Positions 36,738-45,949 of a stretch of DNA of 64,000 nt are shown one piece after another. How positions within the stretch are numbered: position 1 is the first letter of the stretch; the number at the start of each line of letters is the position of its first letter. Below the pieces are notes generated by a model. It made no database searches and was not told the origin of the DNA. It saw only the letters and a program-made list of their open reading frames with translations. Source of the DNA: Schaedlerella sp. (GTDB lineage Bacteria; Bacillota; Clostridia; Lachnospirales; Lachnospiraceae); assembly GCA_020024595.1 (NCBI GenBank), contig JAHHTO010000001.1, forward strand, positions 8,348 through 72,347. The letters run 5' to 3'. The position numbers were made by a program, and so were the translations under genes.

Positions 36738-36938
36738 TTACTTCACCAACAAGTCAATTCCATATTTCAGGACTGCATCGATTACTGCAATCAACGCTCC
36801 CAGTAATACAGAGACCGAAACAACTGCCGTTGTCTGTTTTGCAAGTGTGTTCTTGTCCGGCCAAACGACTTTATTAAATTCTGCCTTCAGTCCTTTGAAC
36901 CAGCTTGGCTTCTGAGCTTTTTCTGAATTTCCACTCAT
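36738..36938 (-). CDS. secE: Preprotein translocase subunit SecE
   Basis: AEFNKVVWP plus one TM helix; between rpmG and nusG. Confidence 0.93.
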   Translation of the reverse strand: MSGNSEKAQKPSWFKGLKAEFNKVVWPDKNTLAKQTTAVVSVSVLLGALIAVIDAVLKYGIDLLVK

Positions 36939-36959
36939 CTTTCCACTTCCTTCCAACGA

Positions 36960-37109
36960 CTATTTTGTCTCTTTGTGCAGTGTGTGTGATTTACAGAACT
37001 TGCAATACTTCTTGGTTTCCATGCGTTCCGGATGATTCTTCTTATCCTTGGTCATGTTATAATTGCGGTTTTTGCATTCTGTACATTCCAATGTAATTCT
37101 TGTGCGCAC
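36960..37109 (-). CDS. rpmG: 50S ribosomal protein L33 (Zn-binding form; absent from the ORF track)
   Basis: GTG start; [49 protein letters not shown]. Confidence 0.96.
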   Translation of the reverse strand: MRTRITLECTECKNRNYNMTKDKKNHPERMETKKYCKFCKSHTLHKETK

Positions 37110-37273
37110 AACTTCCACCTCGCTTCTTATATGCTTTACTACGTGTTACTGATGGTTGCGAGCCATCTGATTTTAGGCATAAAAAAAAGACCTACTTCCA
37201 TTCGCCTGAAAATTGTATCACAATCCCAGGATAAAAGTCAAGTCTTTTGCACTATGATTGCCGGATTTTCTTC

Positions 37274-38434
37274 CTATTTCTTTGATTCCACCTCAATCCC
37301 TTTCTCTCCAAGTCTCCGGTACACATCCCCGCGAAAAATCGTATACAGCACGGACACAAGTGGAATAAATATCAGCATGCCAACTACTCCCATCAGACTA
37401 CCACCAACACTGACCGCCGCTAACACCCAGATCGATGGCAACCCCACAGAATTGCCTACCACTTTCGGATAAATCAAATTCCCTTCTATTTGCTGTAGCA
37501 CTAAAAACATCACTACGAAACCAACTGCTTTCCACGGATCTACCATGAAAATCAAGAATGCTCCTACCGCACATCCGATAAAGGCTCCAAAAATCGGAAT
37601 CAGCGCAGTAAACGCGATCAGCACACCGACTAGCAATGCATACGGCATGCGGATCATTCCCATCACCACAAAAAACATTGTTCCAAGAATCATAGCCTCC
37701 ACACACTGTCCAGTCAGGAAATTAGAAAACGTTCTATATGTCAAAGAACAGATATCTTGTATATTTTGCACCTGATTTTTCGGCAGATATGCATACAGAA
37801 TCTTCTTCACCTGTACATGAAGTTTTTCTTTTTGCAGTAAAATATAACAAGCAAAAACAAAGGCAATAAAAAATGTAGTCACACTGCTCACAATACTGGT
37901 AGCAGCCGAAATCGTAGAATCAAATACATTACCCACACCATTTTTAAAAAAACTAATCACACTGTTGAACATTTTATCCCAACTCATATCCATATCACCG
38001 ATCAGTGCCAGAATCTCCTGATTATTTTCAAACAAATCTTCCAGCCACGTGATCACCTGTGGCATAAATCCGCGGATATTTCTTCCCAGACTCACAAAAG
38101 TCTGCCCCAACTGTGGAATGACAACAAACATTACAACCACAACAATTCCCATCACACACACAAGTGTCATCACCAGACTCAATGGTCTGGACATTTTCTG
38201 CAATCGTTTCTGAGATAATACTTTTCCATGTCGAAAAATATTCCGTTCCAGAAAACTCATTGGAACATTTAATACAAATGCAATCGCACCGCCCACCAAA
38301 AATGGAAATATGATGTCTACCAGAAAACCAAGCATATCAAGTACGAGTGTATATTTCCAGAGTGCAATTAAAAGCACCAATGTAAATACGATCAACTCTT
38401 TTATATGACGCATATTTTCTTTATTAAAATTCAT
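37274..38434 (-). CDS. AI-2E family transporter
   Basis: ALIPIFGAFIG, QQIEGNLIYPKVVG, GMLIFIPL. Confidence 0.92.
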   Translation of the reverse strand: MNFNKENMRHIKELIVFTLVLLIALWKYTLVLDMLGFLVDIIFPFLVGGAIAFVLNVPMSFLERNIFRHGKVLSQKRLQKMSRPLSLVMTLVCVMGIVVVVMFVVIPQLGQTFVSLGRNIRGFMPQVITWLEDLFENNQEILALIGDMDMSWDKMFNSVISFFKNGVGNVFDSTISAATSIVSSVTTFFIAFVFACYILLQKEKLHVQVKKILYAYLPKNQVQNIQDICSLTYRTFSNFLTGQCVEAMILGTMFFVVMGMIRMPYALLVGVLIAFTALIPIFGAFIGCAVGAFLIFMVDPWKAVGFVVMFLVLQQIEGNLIYPKVVGNSVGLPSIWVLAAVSVGGSLMGVVGMLIFIPLVSVLYTIFRGDVYRRLGEKGIEVESKK

Positions 38435-38732
38435 ACAAACTCCTCTCCAATTCTCCATTACTGTTTACTCACATCCGAATCATCCGACACAATGCTCTAT
38501 TTCCCGGATAATGAATTTCTTATAGTCTATCACACCTATTCCCAATACGCCATAATTTTCTATTGAAAGCTGCTCTTAAAACATGTATATGTTACCTTCA
38601 AACATGAAAAATCTGGAGAAAAAATGCACCCTAAAAATTTATTATATTTTTTTGACAAAAATATGGAGAAAATCGCAAAAAAATGTATAATAAATAATAT
38701 AGAATATCAAGAATGAAAGAGAGGGTTCACTG

Positions 38733-39872
38733 ATGAAACATAAGAATGTTTTAGCTATGATTTTGGCCGGCGGCCGTGGTTCCAGACTGCACGATCTGAC
38801 TAATAAAGTTGCAAAACCAGCAGTTTCATACGGCGGAAAGTACCGTATTGTCGATTTTCCACTAAGTAATTGTGCCAATAGTGGTATTGATGTTGTCGGA
38901 GTACTGACTCAATATGAATCTGTATTGCTCAACAGCTATGTTGCTGCCGGACATCGATGGGGGCTCGATGCAAAAGACAGCGGCGTATTCGTTTTACCAC
39001 CACGAGAGAAAGCTGACAGTGATTTGGACGTTTACCGCGGAACCGCAGACGCAATTTCTCAAAATATTGACTTCATCGATGCGTATGAACCGGAATATCT
39101 GCTCATACTTTCCGGAGACCATATCTATAAAATGAATTACAAAAAAATGCTTGAACATCACAAAGAGAATAATGCAGATGCCACCATCGCAGTAATCGAG
39201 GTTCCTATGAAGGAGGCAAGTCGTTTCGGTATCATGAACACTGATAAGAACGGAATGATTGTTGAATTCGAAGAAAAACCTGAAAATCCCAAAAGCAATC
39301 TGGCGTCAATGGGGATCTACATTTTTAATTGGAAGATTCTCCGCAAAATGCTTCTTGCCGATATGAAAAATGCAGACTCCAGTCATGACTTTGGAAAGGA
39401 TATCATTCCAGCGCTTCTGGCAGATAACAGACGCCTTTGCGCATTTCAGTTTAAAGGCTACTGGAAGGATGTCGGCACTATCGATTCACTCTGGGAAGCC
39501 AACATGGATCTGCTAAATAAAAATAATGCTCTTGATCTAAATGATCCATCGTGGAAAATTTACACAGAAGATGTCACCTCTTTGCCTCATTATATCGGCG
39601 CAAATGCAGATATTAAAAATGCATTTATTACACAGGGATGTACTATCAACGGTGAAGTTAAGAACTCTGTTCTTTTTACAAACGCAAAAGTTGCAGAAGG
39701 TGCTAAAGTCATCGACAGTGTACTGATGCCGGGAGCAGAAGTTGCAGAAGGTGCCATTGTCACCCGCGCACTGGTTGCCAATGATATAAAAATTGGCAAA
39801 GATGCTGTTGTCGGAAGCGCAGGCAGTCCACACATTGAACTTGTTGCAAAACGTGTAAAGGGGGAAGAATAA
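38733..39872 (+). CDS. glgC: Glucose-1-phosphate adenylyltransferase GlgC (copy 2)
   Basis: [30 protein letters not shown]. Confidence 0.95.
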   Translation: MKHKNVLAMILAGGRGSRLHDLTNKVAKPAVSYGGKYRIVDFPLSNCANSGIDVVGVLTQYESVLLNSYVAAGHRWGLDAKDSGVFVLPPREKADSDLDVYRGTADAISQNIDFIDAYEPEYLLILSGDHIYKMNYKKMLEHHKENNADATIAVIEVPMKEASRFGIMNTDKNGMIVEFEEKPENPKSNLASMGIYIFNWKILRKMLLADMKNADSSHDFGKDIIPALLADNRRLCAFQFKGYWKDVGTIDSLWEANMDLLNKNNALDLNDPSWKIYTEDVTSLPHYIGANADIKNAFITQGCTINGEVKNSVLFTNAKVAEGAKVIDSVLMPGAEVAEGAIVTRALVANDIKIGKDAVVGSAGSPHIELVAKRVKGEE

Positions 39873-39873
39873 G

Positions 39874-40986
39874 ATGAAAGCATTAGGAATTATTAACTTT
39901 TCCGGAAATCATATTCACGTAGAAGGAATGCAGGATTATCGTCCAATTGGTGCATTTTCTTTCCTTGGAAGATACCGCACAATTGATTTTCCAATCTCAA
40001 ACATGAGCAACAGTGGCATTGAAAAGATTCAAGTATATGTCAATAGAGCCCCTCGTTCTCTCACTGAGCATCTCGGAACCGGACGACACTATAATATCAA
40101 TTCCAAACGTGGCAAACTACAGCTTCTATTCTCTGAAAACGGAATCGAAAACACTCTTTATGACACAGACATTGCCGCATACATAGAAAATATGGAATGT
40201 ATCGAAGATTCCACTTCACCTTATGTTGTGATTGCACCGAGCTATATGATTTACACAGAAAATTTTTGTGAATTATTAAATTCACACATCGACTCTGATG
40301 CTGATATCTCGTTATTATATCACACTGTTGACAATGCAAAAGATGCATTTCTCAACTGCGATATTCTGAACTTAAATAAACAAAAGGGAGTTCTTTCCAT
40401 TGAGAAAAACCGTGGAACTGCCAAAACCAGAAATATTTTCATGGACACTTATGTTATGAGAAGAGAACTATTCATCAACCTCGTGAAAAAAGCAAAAAAA
40501 ATTTCTTCCATGTACACATTCCCTCAAATTGTCGACGCACACTGCGAAGACCTGGATATTCGCGGGATTTCGCACCGCGGCTATTTTGCGACGATCACAG
40601 ATCTTAAGAGCTACTATAATGCCAATCTATCTTTGATTGACTACAAAGATGCACAGGCACTTTTTAGAGAGGACTGGCCAATTTATACACGAACCAACGA
40701 CTCCTGTCCTACGCAGTACTTCCATAATTCCGATATAAAGAAATCTGTTGTTTCCAACGGTTGTCTCATTGACGGTACGGTATATAATTCCATAATCGGA
40801 CGTGGCTGCACGATCAAAAGCGGAGCTGTGGTCAAAAACTGTATTGTACTGCCGCACGTCGTTATCGGTGAAAACGTGCATATCGAAAATTATGTAATTG
40901 ATAAGCACGCCTCTGTCCTTCACACCAAAGAACTCATCGGTGATGCCGATCGTCCCGGATATATCAAAAGAAATGATATTGTTTAG
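39874..40986 (+). CDS. glgD: ADP-glucose pyrophosphorylase subunit GlgD (copy 2)
   Basis: GRYRTIDFPISNMSNSGI; no catalytic GG loop; C-terminal beta-helix. Confidence 0.9.
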   Translation: MKALGIINFSGNHIHVEGMQDYRPIGAFSFLGRYRTIDFPISNMSNSGIEKIQVYVNRAPRSLTEHLGTGRHYNINSKRGKLQLLFSENGIENTLYDTDIAAYIENMECIEDSTSPYVVIAPSYMIYTENFCELLNSHIDSDADISLLYHTVDNAKDAFLNCDILNLNKQKGVLSIEKNRGTAKTRNIFMDTYVMRRELFINLVKKAKKISSMYTFPQIVDAHCEDLDIRGISHRGYFATITDLKSYYNANLSLIDYKDAQALFREDWPIYTRTNDSCPTQYFHNSDIKKSVVSNGCLIDGTVYNSIIGRGCTIKSGAVVKNCIVLPHVVIGENVHIENYVIDKHASVLHTKELIGDADRPGYIKRNDIV

Positions 40987-41051
40987 CAAAGGACACAGCC
41001 GACCTGCAATAATTTGCAAAACTTACACGATAAAAATATTTTTATTTCATA

Positions 41052-41097
41052 AGAATCAAAAATCAGGCGAGAAACTTCTCGCCTGATTTTTGATTCT
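41052..41097. terminator. Bidirectional terminator (perfect 22-bp inverted repeat)
   Basis: AGAATCAAAAATCAGGCGAGAA-AC-TTCTCGCCTGATTTTTGATTCT between convergent glgD and uraA. Confidence 0.8.
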
Positions 41098-42358
41098 ACT
41101 CTGCTACTCTGTCATTTGTCAGTTCTGCCTTATCCAACAGATAAAAGCTAAAACTTAATATCATAGCAACTACGCTTGCAAGCACCATTCCTGTCAACCG
41201 AATATCTCCAAATTTCACAGAAATTCCGGACAGACCAGTTACAAAAACAACAGAAGTCAATGTCAAATTTCTGGAACGTCCATAATCAACTCTAGCATCT
41301 ACCAAAATACGAATTCCGGATGCCCCGATCATACCATACAACAAAAAGGATATCCCACCAATCACCGGCCCCGGGATCGTCTGAATCAACATAGACAGTT
41401 TTCCTACAAAAGAACAGATAATCGAGAGAATCGCTGCCCCTGCGATCACCTGAACGCTATAGACTTTTGTCATTGCCATTACCCCAATATTTTCACCGTA
41501 TGTTGTTGTTGGCACAGAACCAATCAGACCAGACAACATCGTCGAAAAGTTATCTCCGAACAAAGACCGATGCAGTCCTGGATCTTCAATCAAATCTCGT
41601 CCTATAATTTTACTTGTCACAACCTGATGTCCAATATGCTCAGATGCAATCACAAGCAGTACCGGAAGAATCATCAAAATTGCACTCATATCGAACTTTG
41701 CCACCTGGAAATCCGGCATTGAAAACCATGCCGCAGACGCCACTTTTGAAAAATCCAGAATTCCGCAAAAAAATGCTGCCACATATCCCGCGATTACGGC
41801 GACCAAAATAGAAACAACAGATAAAAATCCACGAAAAAGAATATTGCCGAATATCGCAACTCCTAACGTCACTCCAAATACGATTACATTTTTCATATCT
41901 ATCTGCTCATCCAGAAGCCCTGCATTGCTTGCTGCGGATCCAGACAATTCGAGACCGATCAACGCTACCACCGGGCCCATTGCCGCTGCTGGCAACACAA
42001 TATCAATCCATTTTGTACCACATTTATAGATAATAAAGGATAGGATGCATCCGCAAAAACCAACAGCAACAAATCCTCCCAGCGCATATTCATATCCCAT
42101 CTCACTGATCACAATCCCAGCCGGCGCCAGAAACGCAAAACTCGATCCCAGATATGCCGGTGCTTTTCCCTTTGTAACAAAAATAAAGATAAGAGTACCG
42201 ACTCCATTCATAAACAACACGATCGCCGGATTAATTCCAAAAAGGAATGGCACCAATACTGATGCGCCAAACATAGCAAACATATGCTGAATACTGAGCG
42301 GCAACAACAGTTGAAAAGGAACCTTGTCCTCTACCTGAATGATTTTTTTACTTTCCAT
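41096..42358 (-). CDS. uraA: Uracil permease (NCS2 family)
   Basis: QHMFAMFGA, YLGSSFAF, EHIGH, TTYGENIGV. Confidence 0.92.
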   Translation of the reverse strand: MESKKIIQVEDKVPFQLLLPLSIQHMFAMFGASVLVPFLFGINPAIVLFMNGVGTLIFIFVTKGKAPAYLGSSFAFLAPAGIVISEMGYEYALGGFVAVGFCGCILSFIIYKCGTKWIDIVLPAAAMGPVVALIGLELSGSAASNAGLLDEQIDMKNVIVFGVTLGVAIFGNILFRGFLSVVSILVAVIAGYVAAFFCGILDFSKVASAAWFSMPDFQVAKFDMSAILMILPVLLVIASEHIGHQVVTSKIIGRDLIEDPGLHRSLFGDNFSTMLSGLIGSVPTTTYGENIGVMAMTKVYSVQVIAGAAILSIICSFVGKLSMLIQTIPGPVIGGISFLLYGMIGASGIRILVDARVDYGRSRNLTLTSVVFVTGLSGISVKFGDIRLTGMVLASVVAMILSFSFYLLDKAELTNDRVAE

Positions 42359-42463
42359 GATTTTCTCCTTTAGATAAAATGTAAATTTTGACCGCAACCA
42401 TTATACCATCCATAAAAACTTTTTTCTACAGAAATTCACATAGATATAAAGAGGAATTTTTCC

Positions 42464-42524
42464 TTGCATTTCTACAAATATCAAGTATAATATAGATTGT
42501 TTTGTACTGTGATTATTTTAACAA
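42464..42524 (+). promoter_or_regulatory. SigmaA promoter and Rex-like operator of the FNT gene
   Basis: TTGCAT-16-TATAAT (42464-42491); CTGTGATTATTTTAACAA (42507-42524) resembles TTGT(G/T)AAnnnnTT(C/A)ACAA. Confidence 0.55.
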
Positions 42525-42545
42525 AAAAGAAATGAGGATATAGAA

Positions 42546-43385
42546 ATGGAGAATCATTTTAATACACCATCAGAAATCATTGAATTAAATATGAAAGCCT
42601 GCGAAGGAAAAACATCTCTTCCACTAGGGAAAATGATCCTACTAGGAATCATGGCTGGCGCCTTTATTGCACTTGGAGGTGCTACAAGCAATACCGCCGC
42701 ACATGCTATTGAAAATGTCGGTATAGCCAGAGCCTTGGCAGGTGTCATTTTCCCGGTAGGACTGATGTTGATCGTATTTTTAGGCGGAGAATTATTTACC
42801 GGTAACTGCCTCATCATTATGAATGTATTTGCAGAAAGAGCCACCTGTAGAGGACTAATCCGCAATCTTTTCATTGTATATTTCAGCAATTTCATCGGTG
42901 CATTCCTTGTTGATCTTCTCATAATTTTCAGTGGAAATCTAAATTACTCCGATGGGCTGCTAGGTGCATATAGTATCAAAATCGCTGTTGGAAAACTTGC
43001 AATCACTCCACTCCAAGGAATTTCATCCGGCATCTTATGTAACATCCTTGTTTGCCTCGCAGTCTTAATGGCCACATCCGCAAAAGATATCATTGGAAAA
43101 GTCTGGGCTATCTTTTTTCCAATCTGTGCCTTTGTAGTCGGAGGATTTGAGCACTGTGTAGCCAACATGTTCTACATTCCCATCGGAATCATGGCTGCTG
43201 CCAACCCTGTCTATGTTACCAAAGCGCAAGAAATCTACCATATCTCTTCCGAACAGCTGAACGGCTTAAATGCACTTAACAGCCTGCAGAACTTTCTTCC
43301 TGTTACAATCGGAAATATCATTGGTGGGATGTTCTTTGTCAGTCTGCCACTGTATCTGATTCATAAGAAAAAATGGCAATCCTGA
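42546..43385 (+). CDS. Formate/nitrite transporter (FNT family)
   Basis: AGAFIALG, GGELFTGN, GILCNILVC, GFEHCVANM, TIGNIIGG. Confidence 0.95.
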   Translation: MENHFNTPSEIIELNMKACEGKTSLPLGKMILLGIMAGAFIALGGATSNTAAHAIENVGIARALAGVIFPVGLMLIVFLGGELFTGNCLIIMNVFAERATCRGLIRNLFIVYFSNFIGAFLVDLLIIFSGNLNYSDGLLGAYSIKIAVGKLAITPLQGISSGILCNILVCLAVLMATSAKDIIGKVWAIFFPICAFVVGGFEHCVANMFYIPIGIMAAANPVYVTKAQEIYHISSEQLNGLNALNSLQNFLPVTIGNIIGGMFFVSLPLYLIHKKKWQS

Positions 43386-43463
43386 GATTTGAGACCACAT
43401 CCAGAAAGATCTGTCGCAGAATCTTCTTTTGCTGCTTTCTGTGGAGGGATAAAAGAAATCTTT

Positions 43464-44207
43464 CTAAGAAAATTTCACAAATATATACTCTCGATCATCA
43501 GATCTTTCTGAATCAAAATGATATCCCAATCGGTCAAATTGCTTTATTTCCTCTGGATCCTGTATCCGATGTTCTGCCATAAAACGTACCATCTCGCCTC
43601 TTGCCATCTTGGCATAGACCCCTTTCTGCACCACCTTTTCTCCAGATAATTCTCCAAACACACAAGTAATATATATATCTTCCGGCTGCAGATATTTTTC
43701 GATACTTTTTGAATACTCTTTGGATGCAAGATTCAAAATCGTGCGACTGTCATCTAATATCTCTTGATAAATTTGATTTCCCCAATATTCATATAAATTG
43801 GAGGTACCCTCGATTTTCGCTTTTGCCTGCATCTCCAGGCGATAGGGTGTTACACCGTCCATCGGTTTCAATACACCATAAAAAGCGGATAAAATCCGAA
43901 GATTCTTCTGTACATAATCAAACTCTCCCTCTTCAAAAACAGACGGTGCCATATACTGATAGGCAATTCCTTCATAAGACAGAATCGCCGGAGTCAGCCT
44001 GTGATACAAGTCCATTTGCGCAAAGCGCTCATAATTCTGTTTTGCAATTCCATCGTTACACCCCCACAGTTCCTTCACCTCTTCATAAGATAGTTTCTGT
44101 ATTTCCTTCATGATCTGCTCTGTATTCCTCATAAAAACAGGCATTCCCAGACAAGCCTCTTCTGTATTGATCTTCATTTTCTTTGCCGGTGACAAAATAA
44201 TTTTCAT
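43464..44207 (-). CDS. yaaA: Peroxide stress protein YaaA
   Basis: ILSPAK, ILSAFYGVLKPMD, PYRLEM, NLASKEY, AKMARG. Confidence 0.93.
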   Translation of the reverse strand: MKIILSPAKKMKINTEEACLGMPVFMRNTEQIMKEIQKLSYEEVKELWGCNDGIAKQNYERFAQMDLYHRLTPAILSYEGIAYQYMAPSVFEEGEFDYVQKNLRILSAFYGVLKPMDGVTPYRLEMQAKAKIEGTSNLYEYWGNQIYQEILDDSRTILNLASKEYSKSIEKYLQPEDIYITCVFGELSGEKVVQKGVYAKMARGEMVRFMAEHRIQDPEEIKQFDRLGYHFDSERSDDREYIFVKFS

Positions 44208-44300
44208 AATAAACACCTTTTTCGCATTTTCTCTTCGCTAAAACAATTTTCTAAACATTCTGAATATCACTTTCCACTTGAGTTACACAAAATCAATTTT

Positions 44301-44370
44301 CTTACTCACCTCAAGGTAAGCACTTACCTGCAAGTGCGTACTGGTATCCCCCACTATAGCCTGATATAAT
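44301..44370 (+). promoter_or_regulatory. Tandem HxlR/DUF24-type operator boxes and a sigmaA promoter pointing into the 3' end of the regulator gene
   Basis: CTCAC-N6-GTAAG (44305) and CTTAC-N6-GTGCG (44323, overlapping CACTT-N6-AAGTG), then TGGTAT-17-TATAAT with extended TG. Confidence 0.6.
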
Positions 44371-44397
44371 AGTGAAACTGGCGCAGAAATTATAACA

Positions 44398-44739
44398 TTA
44401 TATTTGGTTCTCTTCCCCCCAAAGACACAGTTGCTGGAGAATCGGGATTAAAGACTCCCCTCGTGGAGACAGGCGATACTCCACCCTGGGTGGAACCTCA
44501 GGATATTCTGTTCGAATGATCAGTTGATCGGCTTCTAGTTCTTTCAGAGTTGCACTGAGGGTTTTATAGGAAATAATCTTGATAAAACGCTGCATTTCAT
44601 TGAAACGCATCACTTTGTAACCAGACAGAGCATAGAGAACTGTCATCTTATATTTCCCACTGATCAGGGACATGGTGTAATAAAATCCAGATTCCTCCAG
44701 ACAGGAATTTTGGATAGATTTAAAAAAGCTTTCTCCCAC
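44398..44739 (-). CDS. HxlR/DUF24-family winged-helix transcriptional regulator
   Basis: ISGKYK, RFNEM, LKELEAD, YPEVPPRVEYRLS; RBS AGGAGG before GTG 44739; promoter TTGACA-17-GATAAT at 44782-44810. Confidence 0.92.
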   Translation of the reverse strand: MGESFFKSIQNSCLEESGFYYTMSLISGKYKMTVLYALSGYKVMRFNEMQRFIKIISYKTLSATLKELEADQLIIRTEYPEVPPRVEYRLSPRGESLIPILQQLCLWGEENQI

Positions 44740-44910
44740 GCTAAGCACCTCCTAATTGGCTTATTCCAATTCGATATCAGTATTATCCGTTTTTCTAAAT
44801 CCAATGTCAACCCAAATTTAAAACCATAGAAAAAGAGCGCACCAGATGTAAGGTAATCGACCGGAAACAAAGAACCACCTCAATCTGTTAAAAAAGAAAG
44901 GAATAACCGT

Positions 44911-45915
44911 ATGAAAACAAATAACTACACAAAGGGAATTCTTCTAGGCATCCTGCTCGGGATTCTCTGGGGTCTGGACAGCATTTTCATAGAGCAAGTA
45001 GGAAATACTCCCTTTCTGGCAAACCTGGAGGTTGCAACAGCTATCGGTATCTCTGAAACCACTTTCAGCTTTTCACCTCTGGTCACTGCCTTTTTCCATG
45101 AAAGCTTCTGCTTTATCTGGGTCGCCCTAGTTCTACTTATGAAAAAGCAGCTTAGATACACCTTCCATGTTTTATTCCACACCAAGCGAGGCCTTGCCAC
45201 CGCCATTGCTGCACTAGTCGGTTCTCCTATCGGTATGAGTGCATATCTCCTGGGGATCAAATTTGCCGGAGCACCTTATGCATCCAGTATCTCCGTCATT
45301 TACCCTGGTATCGGTGCCGTGTTCTCTTACTTCCTTCTCAAGGAAAAACTTTCCATTCGCGCTATCATCGGCATTAGCATCAGTCTCCTTGGTTCCTTTA
45401 TGTTGAGCTTCAAGCCCAGTACTAAAGTACCTGATACCTTCATGCTCGGGATTTTTTTCGCCGGTATCGCTGTTCTCGGATGGGCTCTGGAAGGTGTCAT
45501 CATTGGTTTTGCCATGAAGCATATTAAAGGCGAAGACCATATTCAAGCTACTCCCCAGCAGCTTCTCTGCCTGCGCTATTTTGTTGCCACAATTGCCTAC
45601 GGCGCTATTGTCTTACCCATCATCAAGGGTTACCCCTTGGCGGGTGTCATCGTAAAACAGGGGCTCATCTGGCAGTATGCAGGCATTGCCATCCTCGGTG
45701 CATTGACTTACCTTGCCTGGTACAAAGCCGTGGATCTCATCGGCTCCGCATTGGGTACAGCCCTCAACAGCACTGCAGCTCTATGGACCATTATTTTCAG
45801 CACTCTGCTGTTTAAAACACAGATCACCTCTAATCTCATAATCTGGGGGATTGTAATTGTACTGGGCGTATTCATCTTTGCTGTAGATCCTGCAGCTTTC
45901 CGAAAGAAGAAATAA
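44911..45915 (+). CDS. DMT/EamA transporter, LicB (choline permease)-like
   Basis: About 10 TM helices; GSPIGMSAYLLGI...YASSISVIYP...LLKEK resembles LicB. The substrate is an inference. Confidence 0.8.
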   Translation: MKTNNYTKGILLGILLGILWGLDSIFIEQVGNTPFLANLEVATAIGISETTFSFSPLVTAFFHESFCFIWVALVLLMKKQLRYTFHVLFHTKRGLATAIAALVGSPIGMSAYLLGIKFAGAPYASSISVIYPGIGAVFSYFLLKEKLSIRAIIGISISLLGSFMLSFKPSTKVPDTFMLGIFFAGIAVLGWALEGVIIGFAMKHIKGEDHIQATPQQLLCLRYFVATIAYGAIVLPIIKGYPLAGVIVKQGLIWQYAGIAILGALTYLAWYKAVDLIGSALGTALNSTAALWTIIFSTLLFKTQITSNLIIWGIVIVLGVFIFAVDPAAFRKKK

Positions 45916-45949
45916 ATCCAAAGCTTACCATACTATAGGAGGAAACATC

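Noticed and set aside
42359..42420. PyrR attenuator upstream of uraA
   Set aside because: The leader is short and lacks the PyrR-binding loop and terminator.
44371..44850. Invertible segment carrying the hxlR-like gene
   Set aside because: The flanks share only a weak CTGG-CGC/GCG-CA-CCAG complementarity; no proper inverted repeats and no recombinase nearby.
44820..44905. Possible Moco or other riboswitch before the DMT transporter
   Set aside because: No match to a consensus I can recognise, and no convincing stems.
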